A stretch of DNA of 64,000 nt from Laetmonice hystrix (lineage: Eukaryota): assembly GCA_965235115.1 (NCBI GenBank), contig OZ249436.1:1366001-1430000 (forward strand), read 5' to 3'. Position 1 is the stretch's first letter; every line of letters starts with the position of its first letter. The notes below the pieces were generated by a model. It had not been told where the DNA came from. It did no database searches and saw nothing but the letters and a program-made list of their open reading frames with translations. This document shows, piece after piece, positions 28,050 through 41,347 of this stretch. The translations under genes were made by a program, and so were the position numbers.

Positions 28050-28790
28050 TACATAGCCCACCCAGTCTCAACCACATAGCCCATCCCAGCCGGCCTCACC
28101 CACATAACCCAGCCGGCCTCACCCACATAACCCACCCAGTCTCACCCACATAGCCCATCCCACCCGGCCTCACCTCCACAGCCCATCCCACCCGGCCTCA
28201 CCTCCATAGCCCATCCAACCCGGCCTCACCTACATAACCCATACGGCGTCACCCACATAACCCACCCGGCCTCACCTACATAGCCCATCCCATACGGCGT
28301 CACCCACATAACCCACCCGGCCTCACCTACATAGCCCATCCCATACGGCGTCACCCACATAACCCACCCGGCCTCACCTCCATAGCCCATCCCAGCCGGC
28401 CTCACCCACATAACCCACCCGGCCTCACCTACATAGCCCATCCCATACGGCGTCACCCACATAGCCCATCCCACCCGGCCTCACCTCCATAACCCATACG
28501 GCGTCACCCACATAACCCACCCGGCCTCACCTCCATAGCCCATCCCACCCGGCCTTACCCACATAACCCACCCGGCCTCACCTACATAGCCCATCCCACT
28601 CGTCCTCACCCACATAACCCACCCGGCCTCACCCACATAACCCACCCGGCCTCACCCACATAACCCACCCGGCCTCACCCACATAACCCACCCGGCCTCA
28701 CCCACATAACCCACCCGGCCTCACCCACATAACCCATCCGGCCTCACCCACATAACCCACCCGGCCTCACCTACATAGCCCATCCCATAG
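28050..28790. repeat. C-rich minisatellite, 23-28-bp variants
   Basis: cccacccggcctcacccacataa and variants. Confidence 0.93.
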
Positions 28791-29986
28791 AGTGGTTGTC
28801 CCCGGGCCAGTTGTCCCCCGGCGTAGACCAGTTGGATTATATTAGGGTTGTGCACGAACAACGCCATTTAATGCCAACAGAGGGCGCGGCAGTTGTCCCT
28901 TGCTAACTGTGCATCTGCTCAGGGAGGTCATCCAGTCGACCGCGATTTGCTCGTTTCTAAAGCAGTGATGGCGGAAGCTAAAAAAAAAGTGAAGGCCAAA
29001 CGGAAATCGTGTGACCGTACTCCGTACTGCGAACGTCAAAGGCGTGAGGCGTGCATGCGGCGGGGGCCCTTTCCCGGATTTTCCTTTTTTTTTAATTTTG
29101 AAGGCCAAAAACGCTATTTCCCGACACCTGGAGATAAAAATTCTGAAAGAAATTAAAGGCCTAAAGCGAGCGACTATTCCATAATGGCGGACGGCAATAT
29201 TCACCGGGCACAGCAACTGCCGCCCTCCAGGCTAGGACTACAGTCTTGTGACACATTTTTTAAATTTATCACTCAACTTGGAATATATGCTCTAGGTGGG
29301 GCTCGTCTATTATAGGCCTATATAACACAATATAGGCTCCCCCAATTTGAAAGTGGGGGGGGGGCATGGCTCTTGTCCCCCCTATTCCGACCTCACTGTA
29401 AAAGTTGCCTACAGTGGTCTTGTGCTACAGGTGGCACTTAGTATACCTGACGGGTTTACGACGGTCTTTCTAGAGACTTATTGTATCAATTATTCAAACT
29501 GCATGCAAGGCGAGTTATATGATCACCGCAGCCGCTAGTAACGGACAATGAATTCATATTGGATTACATGGACACTTCGACTTATTACATATGGCTTTAT
29601 ATCTGTGAGATTTCAACGACAAGAGATGTTTCCTAAACATTAATGTTGACTGGAAATAATATTGTATGGTAAGGGTAATCTAATATCCTAGGAGAATATA
29701 CCTTCTGGCCTATGGTGAGAATGATATAGCCAATTTCCCAAGCATTCCAAATTCATTTGGACAGGCATGAGGAATTTTACATTTCAGAACTGCAATTGAA
29801 ATTCAATTACAATTGTTGATGAGCATATTAAAGTGAATCTCCAGATATTGTCATATTGAATCTGTTAGTTATGAGTATAGATGCTGTTAGTTTATACAAG
29901 ATCTCACGGTGTGGTATTCCTCACGGACGTATGCTATTATAGGACTGTTGTTTCGGACTTAGCTGTAATAACGGACGTACAACCTG

Positions 29987-30841
29987 CAATGGGTTTACTG
30001 GAACAGGTGGTCAATGGGTTTACTGGAACTGGTGGTCAATGGGTTTACTGCAACAGGTGGTCAATGGGTTTACTGCAACAGGTGGTCAATGGGTTTACTG
30101 GAACAGGTGGTCAATGGGTTTACTGGAACAGCTGGTCAATGGGTTTACTGGAAGAGGTGGTCAATGGGTTTACTGGAACAGCTGGGCAATGGGTTTACTG
30201 GAACAGCTGGGCAATGGGTTTACTGGAACAGGTGGTCAATGGGTTTACTGGAACAGGTGGTCAATGGTTTACTGAAACAGGTGGTCAATGGGTTTACTGG
30301 AACAGGTGGTCAATGGGTTTACTGGAACAGCTGGGCAATGGGTTTACTGGAACAGCTGGGCAATGGGTTTACTGGAAGAGGTGGTCAATGGGTTTACTGG
30401 AAGAGGTGGTCAATGGGTTTACTGGAAGAGGTGGTCAATGGGTTTACTGGAACAGATGGTCAATGGGTTTACTGGAACAGGTGGTCAATGGGTTTACTGG
30501 AACAGGTGGTCAATGGGTTTACTGGAACAGGTGGTCAATGGGTTTACTGGAACAGGTGGTCAATGGGTTTACTGGAACAGGTGGTCAATGGGTTTACTGG
30601 AACAGGTGGTCAATGGGTTTACTGGAACAGGCGGTCAATGGGTTTACTGGAACAGGCGGTCAATGGGTTTACTGGAACAGGCGGTCAATGGGTTTACTGG
30701 AACAGGTGGTCAATGGGTTTACTGGAACAGGTGGTCAATGGGTTTACTGGAACAGGTGGTCAATGGGTTTACTGGAACAGGTGGTCAATGGGTTTACTGG
30801 AACAGGTGGTCAATGGGTTTACTGGAACAGGTGGTTAATGG
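29987..30841. repeat. Minisatellite, 25-bp unit, ~34 copies
   Basis: caatgggtttactggaacaggtggt. Confidence 0.97.
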
Positions 30842-31728
30842 CCACACTTTTAATTTGGTCTCATCAAGTAAGAACTATTTGAGATATCAACTTAAAAATT
30901 TCAAAAGATGTTAAGAATACCAAGGTGTTTAAGCCTGAGCCTTTAGCTAACTTAATGTTCTGTTTTGAACACCTTTCTGGAGTAGGCCTACGTCTTCGCT
31001 TATACCCACGCCTTTACACATTATTTTCTCCAACATAATCCTCTTCTTGCTCACTGTTGTTTACAGCAAGTCACATGACTTGAGAACGCAAGCTGATTGG
31101 CTTATCAGGGACTTGGGTACTTTTAGCACCCTAGCGAGTGACTCGAGTACTTTTCATCACGAGAATATGCATGACAGACCAGGACAAGCATGGTCTGAGA
31201 ACAGAGACTTGGGAACTTGTTTCGCTGAAGATCGACACATATATGTATAAAATGTTTATATATATAACATTCTAAATGGAGTTACATGATGCTAACTCAG
31301 TTCATGTCCAAATGTGACGTAAACTTTTTTTTGTACATCTTCCACTCAGGTCTTCTAACTGTTGATAAGGAAGCATTCCCCGTAATGCGGCTGTCGAAGC
31401 CAGTTTTTTAATGGTTGTTAAATACTTTGAGACTACGGAAAAAACCTCTCTCTCATGATGTGAAACCCGCTCTGCTACGGCTTCATAAGGTCCACTCACA
31501 GCGCCGTTCATGACATATTCTGCAAAGCAAACTGTACCAGACAAAAAGGCTTACTATCGACGGCCATAACGTTCTACATTTGCAACATAAATACCCTACA
31601 GTCTTTTGGGTGTTTTTAATTTTTGTGTACATATTGCCAATCAGAAGACGCAATAGACGTGCATTACTGTTAATAGAAAAACGTTGTTTTAAATGTAGCG
31701 TCCTATCCACTTGTTAAGTGTTCAGGTC

Positions 31729-32732
31729 CAGGTCGAACTGGAGGGCTACCTCTCGGATCCTGATTGACCACATACCACAGCCACGATAGCAGCAGTCTGT
31801 ACACGGACAGGTCGAACTGGAGGGCTACCTCTCGGATCCTGATTGACCACATACCACAGCCACGATAGCAGCAGTCTGTACACGGACAGGTCGAACTGGA
31901 GAGCTACCTCTCGGATCCTGATTGACCACATACCACAGCCACGATAGCAGAAGTCTGTACACGGACAGGTCGAACTGGAGGGCTACCTCTCGGATCCTGA
32001 TTGACCACATACCACAGCCACGATAGGAGCAGTCTGTACACGGACAGGTCGAACTGGAGGGCTACCTCTCGGATCCTGATTGACCATATACCACAGCCAC
32101 GATAGCAGTCTGTACACTGACAGGTCGAACTGGAGAGCTACCTCTCGGATCCTGATTGACCACATACCACAGCCACGACAGCAGTCTGTACACGGACAGA
32201 TCGAACTGGAGAGCTACCTCTCGGATCCTGATTGACCATAACCACAGCCACGATAGCAGCAGTCTGTACACGGACAGGTCGAACTGGAGGGCCACCTCTC
32301 GGATCCTGATTGACCACATACCACGACAGCAATCTGTACACGGACAGGTCGAACTGGAGGGCTACCTCTCGGATCCTGATTGACCACATACCACAGCCAC
32401 GATAGCAGCAGTCTGTACACGGACAGGTCGAACTGGAGGGCTACCTCTCGGATCCTGATTGGCCACATACTACAGCCACGATAGCAGCAGTCTGTACACG
32501 GACAGGTCGAACTGGAGGGCTACCTCTCGGATCCTGATTGACCACACACCACAGCCACGATAGCAGCAGTCTGTACACGGACAGGTCGAACTGGAGGGCT
32601 ACCTCTCGGATCCTGATTGACCACACACCACAGCCACGATAGCAGCAGTCTGTACATGGACAGGTCGAACTGGAGGGCTACCTCTCGGATCCTGATTAGC
32701 CACATACTACAGCCACGATAGCAGCAGTCTGT
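31729..32732. repeat. Minisatellite, 79-bp unit, ~13 copies
   Basis: caggtcgaactggagggctacctctcggatcctgattgaccacatacc... Confidence 0.97.
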
Positions 32733-33559
32733 CTGAACCGATTGGTTCCCCTCCCCGAGGGGTATTTTCAGAAGATCAGCTTCAATCCCCTCAAGTATTA
32801 ATTTGATTGAAAGTTTGATTGGAGATCCTGAAGTGCATGGTGACGTCTCTAAGTGAAGAATTCGGCACAACGTTTCATACTGCGCGAATATATTAAACGG
32901 AATTTAAAACTACACTAAGCTACTTTATAATCGATGTAGTTTCAACGTTATGTGTAAATATAGTATCAGGAAACGTCTGGTAGTATGTCTATAACTGGGA
33001 CAGTTTTGCCCCCACCCCACACCCCACGATTCATATAGGGGTTAACTTTAGTTCTGTCCATTTCACCACTGCCACGCACACAACTTAAAATTCCCATGGA
33101 ACATGGCCTATTTGCCCCCGCTCCCACACCAAAGATTTGCTTCCGACATCACGGCAGTTTGACCATATACGACAAGGTATAACTAGCTTGGTAGTTGCAG
33201 TGCTTGCTGGTGGTTCGTGGGGCTCACTGCTTCATGCAGGTAATCCCCACTTACATAATCTTTCTGGGTCAGTGGGTGGCGGAACAGAAGACAGAACAAT
33301 AGAGCGTCTTACAATAGGCCTTGCGACTAACACCCTAATGTGCATATCAATGAACTCAAGACATGCACACGTGACTGCAATATAGAGAGGGCACTGACTA
33401 CAAATTTGCTGTGTGATTTTCAAAATATCTGTTTATGTTCATTAAAACAAATTTTACAGACGTAAAATGTCCATCCAAATTTGTATTTAATTTTTACCTA
33501 AGTCCTGTAGCACTTGAATACTTTTAATTTCGGCGGAATTTTGTATTTATCCTAGCAGA

Positions 33560-33860
33560 ACGTTGAGTGTATGTGTACACCCTTTCTGTGGTCCTCGAAC
33601 TGGAGGGGGATATATAAAGCAAATGCCACCACTGTAGTAATGTAGGGAACTGTGAGGCACCGGTCTCCACGTTCGGTCGTAGTCTGGAAACAGACGCTGT
33701 TGAAAACCTGATAGTACGAAGAGTTCGGCTCGGTTGGTGTGTGTCCACTTGGAGAGGTGAGGGTGTAACTCGGCGAAAAGTGTGACATAACTCTTCTAAA
33801 GGGATCTAGCAATAGAACCCGTACCCCGTCAGTGGGCTCAATCTGCGGCAAGGTTCCAAA
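33560..33860 (-). mobile_element. Decayed 3' fragment of an L2/CR1-type LINE ORF2
   Basis: Frameshifted motifs SPSY..., HQPSRTLR, RGDRCLTV resemble the PSYL..PSRxLRS..GDRAFS tail of L2/CR1 ORF2. Confidence 0.45.
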
Positions 33861-34854
33861 TCAGTTGTCTCTCAATGGGGTATCGCGTGTTCTCCAGACG
33901 CCAGATCTTTGAACGGTATAGGACTTGGACCAGCCATTAAGTTCAGTTTCATTTTTTAAGGCATTTTCAATTTTTAGTTATTCTCAACTCTCCAGTTAGC
34001 TCTAGCCCCAGAATCTGATTCTTCCGTGATCATCTCTGGCACTGTAGGCTTTTCCGATAGCTCACAAGGCACAATGTCGTTTGACCCAGGCTGCTTATTG
34101 CCGAAACATCAGGACATGAAAGGTCATGGAAAATGAAATTTGTTTTTCCAGGCATGGAAAAGTCATGGAAAATGGAAAAACGAAGGAAAGTCATGAAAAA
34201 GTCATGGAATTTGCTATTTCTCTTGAACTCTTTCCCCCTATGGAATATTTCATTAGGCCTCTATTCCTATCTCATGTTTCGCTACCCCCTCCTCCAATCT
34301 ATTCCTATCTCATATGCCATTACTTTTTTGCTACCCCCCCCCCCCCCCAATATATAATCGGCTCCTAGTAGACTAAACGGCCAATGGAGCCATCGGGACT
34401 CCATCGCTACCTGACCCCGTTTTTAGTTCGGAAACTAAGATGAAGACAATTTTGAAATAAAAAATTGTTTTATGTTTGAAGCCATCAACAAATTTCTTGT
34501 CTAGTCTTAGTATTAGACTAGACAAGAACTTTTAGTATTTAACGGCGGTAGAATATTACGTGCTTTCTTCAATCTCTGTGACGTGAACCGGGGCCAGTGG
34601 TCACAGGTGGGGGTATAAGGGTTGTGGCGCCATCTAGTTTTAAACATCGCCACTATTTCCATTCAAGAAACATTGGCTGGCCTATTCGCTCGTTTCGTCG
34701 GCCAGCTTTGAATGGCTGCTTCGTGACCAGAGAGGCATTAGTCGGCATTAACCAGTCCGATAGTTTGGCTTATAATATTTACACTAACTGAAAATATACA
34801 TGAGGAAATATGGGCACTGATAAATCTACCAAAGGTATCCTGGGGCCTCATTAC

Positions 34855-35163
34855 GGGCACGGCGGAGCAGGGGGGCTGGGGGAGGGGGCTATACCTATAG
34901 TCCCCCCCCCCCCGCCAATAATTTCATTTTCTGGAGAGAGAAAAAAAAGTCGAGAATTAATACGGAAGTGATAACACCTTATCTATTTTTGGTCATTTTT
35001 ACAGTTTTTACAGTTTTATACCTCAAATATGCCAGAATTCGTCTACTGGCGTCTTTTATCCCCCGTAACTTCTGGGGCCTATAGGCGGTCCCTGGACCCT
35101 CCCCTGAAGTCATGTGATAATGTAGCCCCCCCCCCCCATCCGATATTGCTTTCACCGTGCCTG
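34855..35163. mobile_element. hAT-like MITE
   Basis: Ends cgggcacgg / ccgtgcctg with G/C homopolymer tracts inside. Related CAGGCGCG-type ends near 35-50, 10440-10451 and 36564. Confidence 0.45.
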
Positions 35164-35657
35164 CTCAAGGCCTTAACTTCATCATAACGACCCCCTACAT
35201 GTTTATATCTCGATCCTGTACGATCCCCCCATCCATCACATGAGGTAAATCATGTTAAGGTAGGCTACATGACTTGAATCCCGATAGCGACAGACATGAC
35301 CTAAATACGTTCATGTATACTTGACGTAAATTATTGGTAAGGATTATGAAGATTTTTTCGATTATGATGTAGGAAACTCTGATAACATATAATATATGTA
35401 ATGTCAGCCATTCCGATGTTTTCGAAGTGGAAGGTACATGCATGCTAACACCTGGAGAGCTACTAGAATTACGTATATCCAATTTAAAGTGATTTAAAAC
35501 GTAATAATTCCATTCCATGACGTTCCATGACGTACTTCCTCCTATGGAAAGTCAGGATTTCCCCCCATGGTAGGACAACAGCCGATCCTAACGACCTGGG
35601 ACTAGGTCACCTAATGATAAAGCAATCTTTTATTCAGTTAATAATTTAGTGATGTTA

Positions 35658-35902
35658 TCAGTTAGCGGCCTCTGTCGCCTTCTCCACGTCCTTGTCCTCC
35701 TTGCCTGGCACGGTGCCGTACGTTTTCCCGGTGTTGTTAACGGTGTCCGTCTCTCCGTGACCGGCGCCGTCCTCCGACTGTTCGGGGTCTGGGTGGGAAC
35801 CGATCACCCAGCGCATGAAACGGTACGGGACTCTGGCCAGCCCACACGTTAACTCTGTCACGACGGTCAGGCATGGCGCCAGACATGGGCAGCAACATTT
35901 AC
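35658..35902 (-). CDS. Cys-rich membrane protein (TAXIMIN-like), terminal exon; total 157 aa
   Basis: Acceptor tgttgtgttgtctcag|GT, CKCCCPCLAPCLTVVTELTCGLARVPYRFMRWVIG...EAAN*. AATAAA on minus strand at 35629-35634. Confidence 0.8.
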
Positions 35903-36310
35903 CTGAGACAACACAACAAACAAAACATCGTTAAATAACGACCGGAGAAAACGGCAGTCTGGCCAGTCCACACGTTAACTCTGTCACGACTGTCAGGCAT
36001 GGCGCCAGACATGGGCAGCAACATTTACCTGAGACAACACAACAAAACATCGTTAAATAACGACCCGAGAAAACGGGAGTCTGGCCAGTCCACACGTTAA
36101 CTCTGTCACGACTGTCAGGCATGGCGCCAGACATGGGCAGCAACATTTACCTGAGACAACAAACAAAACATCGTTAAATAACGACCCGAGAAAACGGGAG
36201 TCTGGCCAGTCCACACGTTAACTCTGTCACGACCGTCAGGCATGGCGCCAGACATGGGCAGCAACATTTACCTGAGACAACACAACAAACAAAACATCGT
36301 TAAATAACCA
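35828..36310 (-). repeat. Four ~121-126-bp tandem copies of an intron end plus exon start
   Basis: Acceptor ttgtctcag|GTAAATG with exon starts at 35902, 36028, 36150 and 36271. Confidence 0.93.
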
Positions 36311-37092
36311 CCGGACAATTGGCCTGGCATAGCGCGGTATACACGCAGTTGTAGTAGGCCCATACGGACCTATAATAATGGCGCCTATAGTGCTGACTCG
36401 GCTGACGTTATTGACCAGCATAGCTTACATTTTGTGGGAGAAAACCAGGGAGCCTAACGGGTAATATGAGTGGGTGTGTGTGTGGGGGGGGGGGCAGGTT
36501 ATAAAGGTTATGCATGTAGTACATTGACTGGTCCATCAGGCCTACATCGAGGCCATATGTTTGCCAGGCGCGGATCCAAAGGCTCTCTTTTTGAAGAAGT
36601 TACAACAACTATTGGTAGGCTGAGTCTAAATGCATTGAGAATTAAGAATTTCTATCTGCAGATGCCGGGAAATAGCGGGGTTTATGTTTGGGTCTTCTAA
36701 ATTCAAAGATTTATGGGGAAGGACCCCCTGCAGACCCCCCCCCCCCCTCATGTCGGGAAATATATATAACGTTGTTTGGCCAATTCTAAATTCAAAAATT
36801 ATCTAAGAGAGAACCCTTATACCCCCCCCCCCCCCGGCGCATGCATGATCGCCTGGTGCTGTCCGTGCCCGAGGGCGCCCCCCCCCCTTCGTTCAGTGCT
36901 GGATCCTGTTTAGTCCTATGGATCTATAAGGCTAATAGTATGATGATCCCACCACGGCTGCTATAGACCTGACATAAAGTCTCATAATGATGATCCCACC
37001 ACGGCTGCTATAGACCTGACATGTATTTCCTGGTAGGATGAAGATGAAAATAACTGGATATCAATCATGATGTTAATAATACGAGATATGAA

Positions 37093-39123
37093 ACTTACAT
37101 GGTGTTAGAACGACTCACACAACTATAGCCACCACTCCTGTGACTACCAGGAACGGGAAGGCGAGAATCAATGTGAGACTTACATGGTGTTAGAACGACC
37201 CACACAACTATAGCCACCACTCCTGTGACTACCAGGAACGGGAAGGCGAGAATCAATGTGAGACTTACATGGTGTTAGAACGACCCACACAACTACAGCC
37301 ACCACTCCTGTGACTACCAGGAACGGGAAGGCGAGAATCAATGTGAGACTTACATGGTGTTAGAACGACCCACACAACTATAGCCACCACTCCTGTGACT
37401 ACCAGGAACGGGAAGGGGAGAATCAATGTGAGACTTACATGGTGTTAGAACGACCCACACAACTATAGCCACCACTCCTGTGACTACCAGGAACGGGAAG
37501 GCGAGAATCAATGTGAGACTCACATGGTGTTAGAACGACCCACACAACTATAGCCACCACTCCTGTGACTACCAGGAACGGGAAGGCGAGAATCAATGTG
37601 AAACTTACATGGTGTTAGAACGACCCACACAACTACAGCCACCACCCCTGTGACTACCAGGAACGGGAAGGCGAGAATCAATGTGAGACTTACATGGTGT
37701 TAGAACGACCCACACAACTATAGCCACCACTCCTGTGACTACCAGGAACGGGAAGGCGAGAATCAATGTGAGACTTACATGGTGTTAGAACGACCCACAC
37801 AACTACAGCCACCACTCCTGTGACTACCAGGAACGGGAAGGCGAGAATCAATGTGAGACTTAAATGGTGTTAGAACGACCCACACAACTACAGCCACCAC
37901 TCCTGTGACTACCAGGAACGGGAAGGCGAGAATCAATGTGAGACTTACATGGTGTTAGAACGACCCACACAACTATAGCCACCACTCCTGTGACTACCAG
38001 GAACGGGAAGGCGAGAATCAATGTGAGACTTACATGGTGTTAGAACGACCCACACAACTATAGCCACCACTCCTGTGACTACCAGGAACGCTAAGGCGAG
38101 AATCAATGTGAGACTTACATGGTGTTAGAACGACCCACACAACTATAGCCACCACTCCTGTGACTACCAGGAACGGGAAGGCGAGAATCAATGTGAGACT
38201 TACATGGTGTTAGAACGACCCACACAACTACAGCCACCACTCCTGTGACTACCAGGAACGGGAAGGCGAGAATCAATGTGAGACTTCCATGGTGTTAGAA
38301 CGACCCACACAACTATAGCCACCAGTCCTGTGACTACCAGGAACGGGAAGGCGAGAATCAATGTGAGACTTACATGGTGTTAGAACGACCCACACAACTA
38401 CAGCCACCACTCCTGTGACTACCAGGAACGGGAAGGCGAGAATCAATGTGAGACTTACATGGTGTTAGAACGACCCACACAACTACAGCCACCACCCCTG
38501 TGACTACCAGGAACGGGAAGGCGAGAATCAATGTGAGACTTACATGGTGTTAGAACGACCCACACAACTACAGCCACCACTCCTGTGACTACCAGGAACG
38601 GGAAGGCGAGAATCAATGTGAGACTTCCATGGTGTTAGAACGACCCACACAACTATAGCCACCAGTCCTGTGACTACCAGGAACGGGAAGGCGAGAATCA
38701 ATGTGAGACTTACATGGTGTTAGAACGACCCACACAACTACAGCCACCACTCCTGTGACTACCAGGAACGGGAAGGCGAGAATCAATGTGAGACTTACAT
38801 GGTGTTAGAACGACCCACACAACTACAGCCACCACTCCTGTGACTACCAGGAACGGGAAGGCGAGAATCAATGTGAGACTTACATGGTGTTAGAACGACC
38901 CACACAACTATAGCCACCACTCCTGTGACTACCAGGAACGGGAAGGCGAGAATCAATGTGAGACTTACATGGTGTTAGAACGACCCACACAACTATAGCC
39001 ACCACTCCCGTGACTACCAGGAACGGGAAGGCGAGAATCAATGTGAGACTTACATGGTGTTAGAACGACCCACACAACTATAGCCACCACTCCTGTGACT
39101 ACCAGGAACGGGAAGGCGAGAAT
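37093..39123 (-). repeat. 24 x 85-bp tandem copies of an exon end plus splice donor
   Basis: The donor site (acttac on +) recurs every 85 bp from 37093 to 39048; a few copies are mutated. Confidence 0.97.
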
Positions 39124-39215
39124 GAAGGCAAGTCCCCTGCAGAACCCGAGACAGCAGCGGGCTGTCGCACTCCTCTCCCGGCGGGCCCCCTCCTCCTTGT
39201 CATTGGCAGCCGTGT
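39054..39215 (-). CDS. Cys-rich membrane protein (TAXIMIN-like), second coding exon with transmembrane segment
   Basis: Acceptor tttcttgctgccttccctgcag|, 162 nt, phase 1-1, ...ARCCLGFCRGLAFILAFPFLVVTGVVAIVVWVVLTP, donor T|gtaagt. Confidence 0.8.
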
Positions 39216-39629
39216 CTGCAGGGAAGGCAGCAAGAAATATATGACTCTCTGAGAGCCGCCGAGAGTAAGAACGGGCCCTGGGGCAAAACATAAAATATAA
39301 CATTAACAATGAGGATTAAAATCGATTTATAATCCGCTATGTTGAAATCTATTAAGGAACCTGAGCAGATTCTATATACTGTTGGTTCCACGGTACATGA
39401 TGTGCATAATATTATCTCTTAAATTAGATCCATTTTTACACTTTACATATTTTTTAACATAAAGTACGCATCGATCTAGTAGTTTTGAACAACTTTATTC
39501 ACCAACCTTTGCAAGATACCATGCCTCGTATAGAATTAGACCCCATTACCTGTCAGAATTGGTGTACAGTTTCAGGAATGGGAGTTCTGTTGTACATGAA
39601 AAGATGTCAACGTTTAGATCTACACTCAC

Positions 39630-39696
39630 GTGTTATGCCGTCCGGGGCCGTAGTGGGTGTGTCCTCTGTCAGTGGTTTCTTATCTCCGTCAGTCAT
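39630..39696 (-). CDS. Cys-rich membrane protein (TAXIMIN-like), first coding exon
   Basis: Acceptor ttctttcag| (exon starts 39709), ATG at 39696, MTDGDKKPLTEDTPTTAPDGIT, phase-1 donor C|gtgagt. Confidence 0.7.
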
Positions 39697-39814
39697 AATG
39701 AATCCACCTCTGAAAGAATCTGTTCTCTGACAGGGTTAGAATCCGTAATGTTAACTGTTGTATACTAATGCGACATTGATATATGTTATCGTTTTATTCT
39801 TTCGTAGTTTTGTT

Positions 39815-40040
39815 TTTATTTTTGTTTTCGTTTTGGTTGTTTTTTGTTTGGTTTTTGGTTTTTCTCTCCCTAAACTTTTTCAGTCGATGAGATCCTTTGT
39901 GACTGGGTGGCTATTCATTGGGTGAACCGTCAGAATTTATTTATTTTTGTTTTTTTGTTTTTTTGTTTTGTTTTTTGTTTTTCTCTCCCTAAACTTTTCC
40001 AGCCGATGAGATCCCTTATGACTGGGAGGGTTATCATTGA
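39815..40040. repeat. Two diverged ~119-bp tandem copies
   Basis: T-rich tract plus ttctctccctaaacttt...gatgagatcc...gactggg, twice. Confidence 0.8.
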
Positions 40041-41347
40041 CATTAGAACTAGCACCTGTGTGAGCAGCTGCTAGACACACCGGTCTGATCGTGACATACC
40101 AGACTGATCCGGGGATATTTATGTCAAACTTATGTCATTGTACAATGCTGGTTCTTTGTCTCAGCTAAAAAAAACAGCTGTAATCGTTTGTAACGTTGTG
40201 TGTGTGTGCTCACCCAACAACATGAAGCATGAGAACAGCTTTTATAGAACAAAACGACGCCTCATTGTTGATCTTAAAAAAGTCGCCAATTCGTTTGTTT
40301 TCAATGCATGAAATATATTCAAAGATGGCGAATTGAAAGAGTCAAACTATTTACAATTATTAATAATATTGTATACAGATCACTGTTGGCATCGATGATT
40401 GAAACAGATTAATGTAGAATAGGTTTGTTTGTTACATCCATCATTACCGATTACATTTACGGGTTAGTATTAATGTCATTAATAATCGTTGATTGTTTAT
40501 GCCATAACTACCAACGCTCAAGGCGCGTTTATTGAAATTATAGGGAATGTAGCGTTCGTCTTTCTATTTACAATCGAGGTGCGTCGCTTCCATTAGGCCC
40601 TGTAAGCACGTGCCTACACATTTTTCCCACAAATGAAAAAATTAAAACAAAGACAAAATGCAAAACAATAAGAGGAGATGGCGGTAATAGGTCTAGGGTA
40701 TGTGTAAAATTAAGTTAAAAATAGATTCTAAAAAGTATTAGAATTTCCTTTTCCTAAACGCTCCGATCGCTGGGGTTTTTTATTGAGCCTCAAAGTCATA
40801 CCCGGGTTGACAACATGTGCCAATACCCCAGACCCCCCCCCCCCCCCCTGCAAAAAGTGCCTACACGTTTATTTCAGCCAAGCTACGCCCCTGAAATTGA
40901 AGGTTGATTCAAACAACCCTGTCGAGAACGTTATCGCTACGATCGCTTTCCCCGCCACAGTCGTGTTTTCGGTCGGCATGTTTTGATCACGCCACAGTCC
41001 ACACTTCATACCGGCACTACCATCTTGGACGTCTCAGCCATAAACAGAAGCACAATACGGAAAAAGTAAAATTCAGTCAAACTACATATCCCCACCATGT
41101 CAACGAATGCTGTGTACTCAGGCAGTGGAGACATGTTGATGACATAACACCCGGAAACCTCGTACAACAAGACGTTCATGTCAGCGAGTCATTATTGTTC
41201 GATCGGTTTTGGTTTTATATCATGCTATCAGCACCTCATCTTTACGGCCAGTATGAACTGACGTTTAGAAATGCCAACACGGCCCCATATGACATCAAGT
41301 ACATCTCTGCATGATATCATATCAAACTCACACGTCTAAAAGCTCAC

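Noticed and set aside
29881..30914. Long overlapping ORFs
   Set aside because: A 25-bp unit (not a multiple of 3) without stop codons; artefact.
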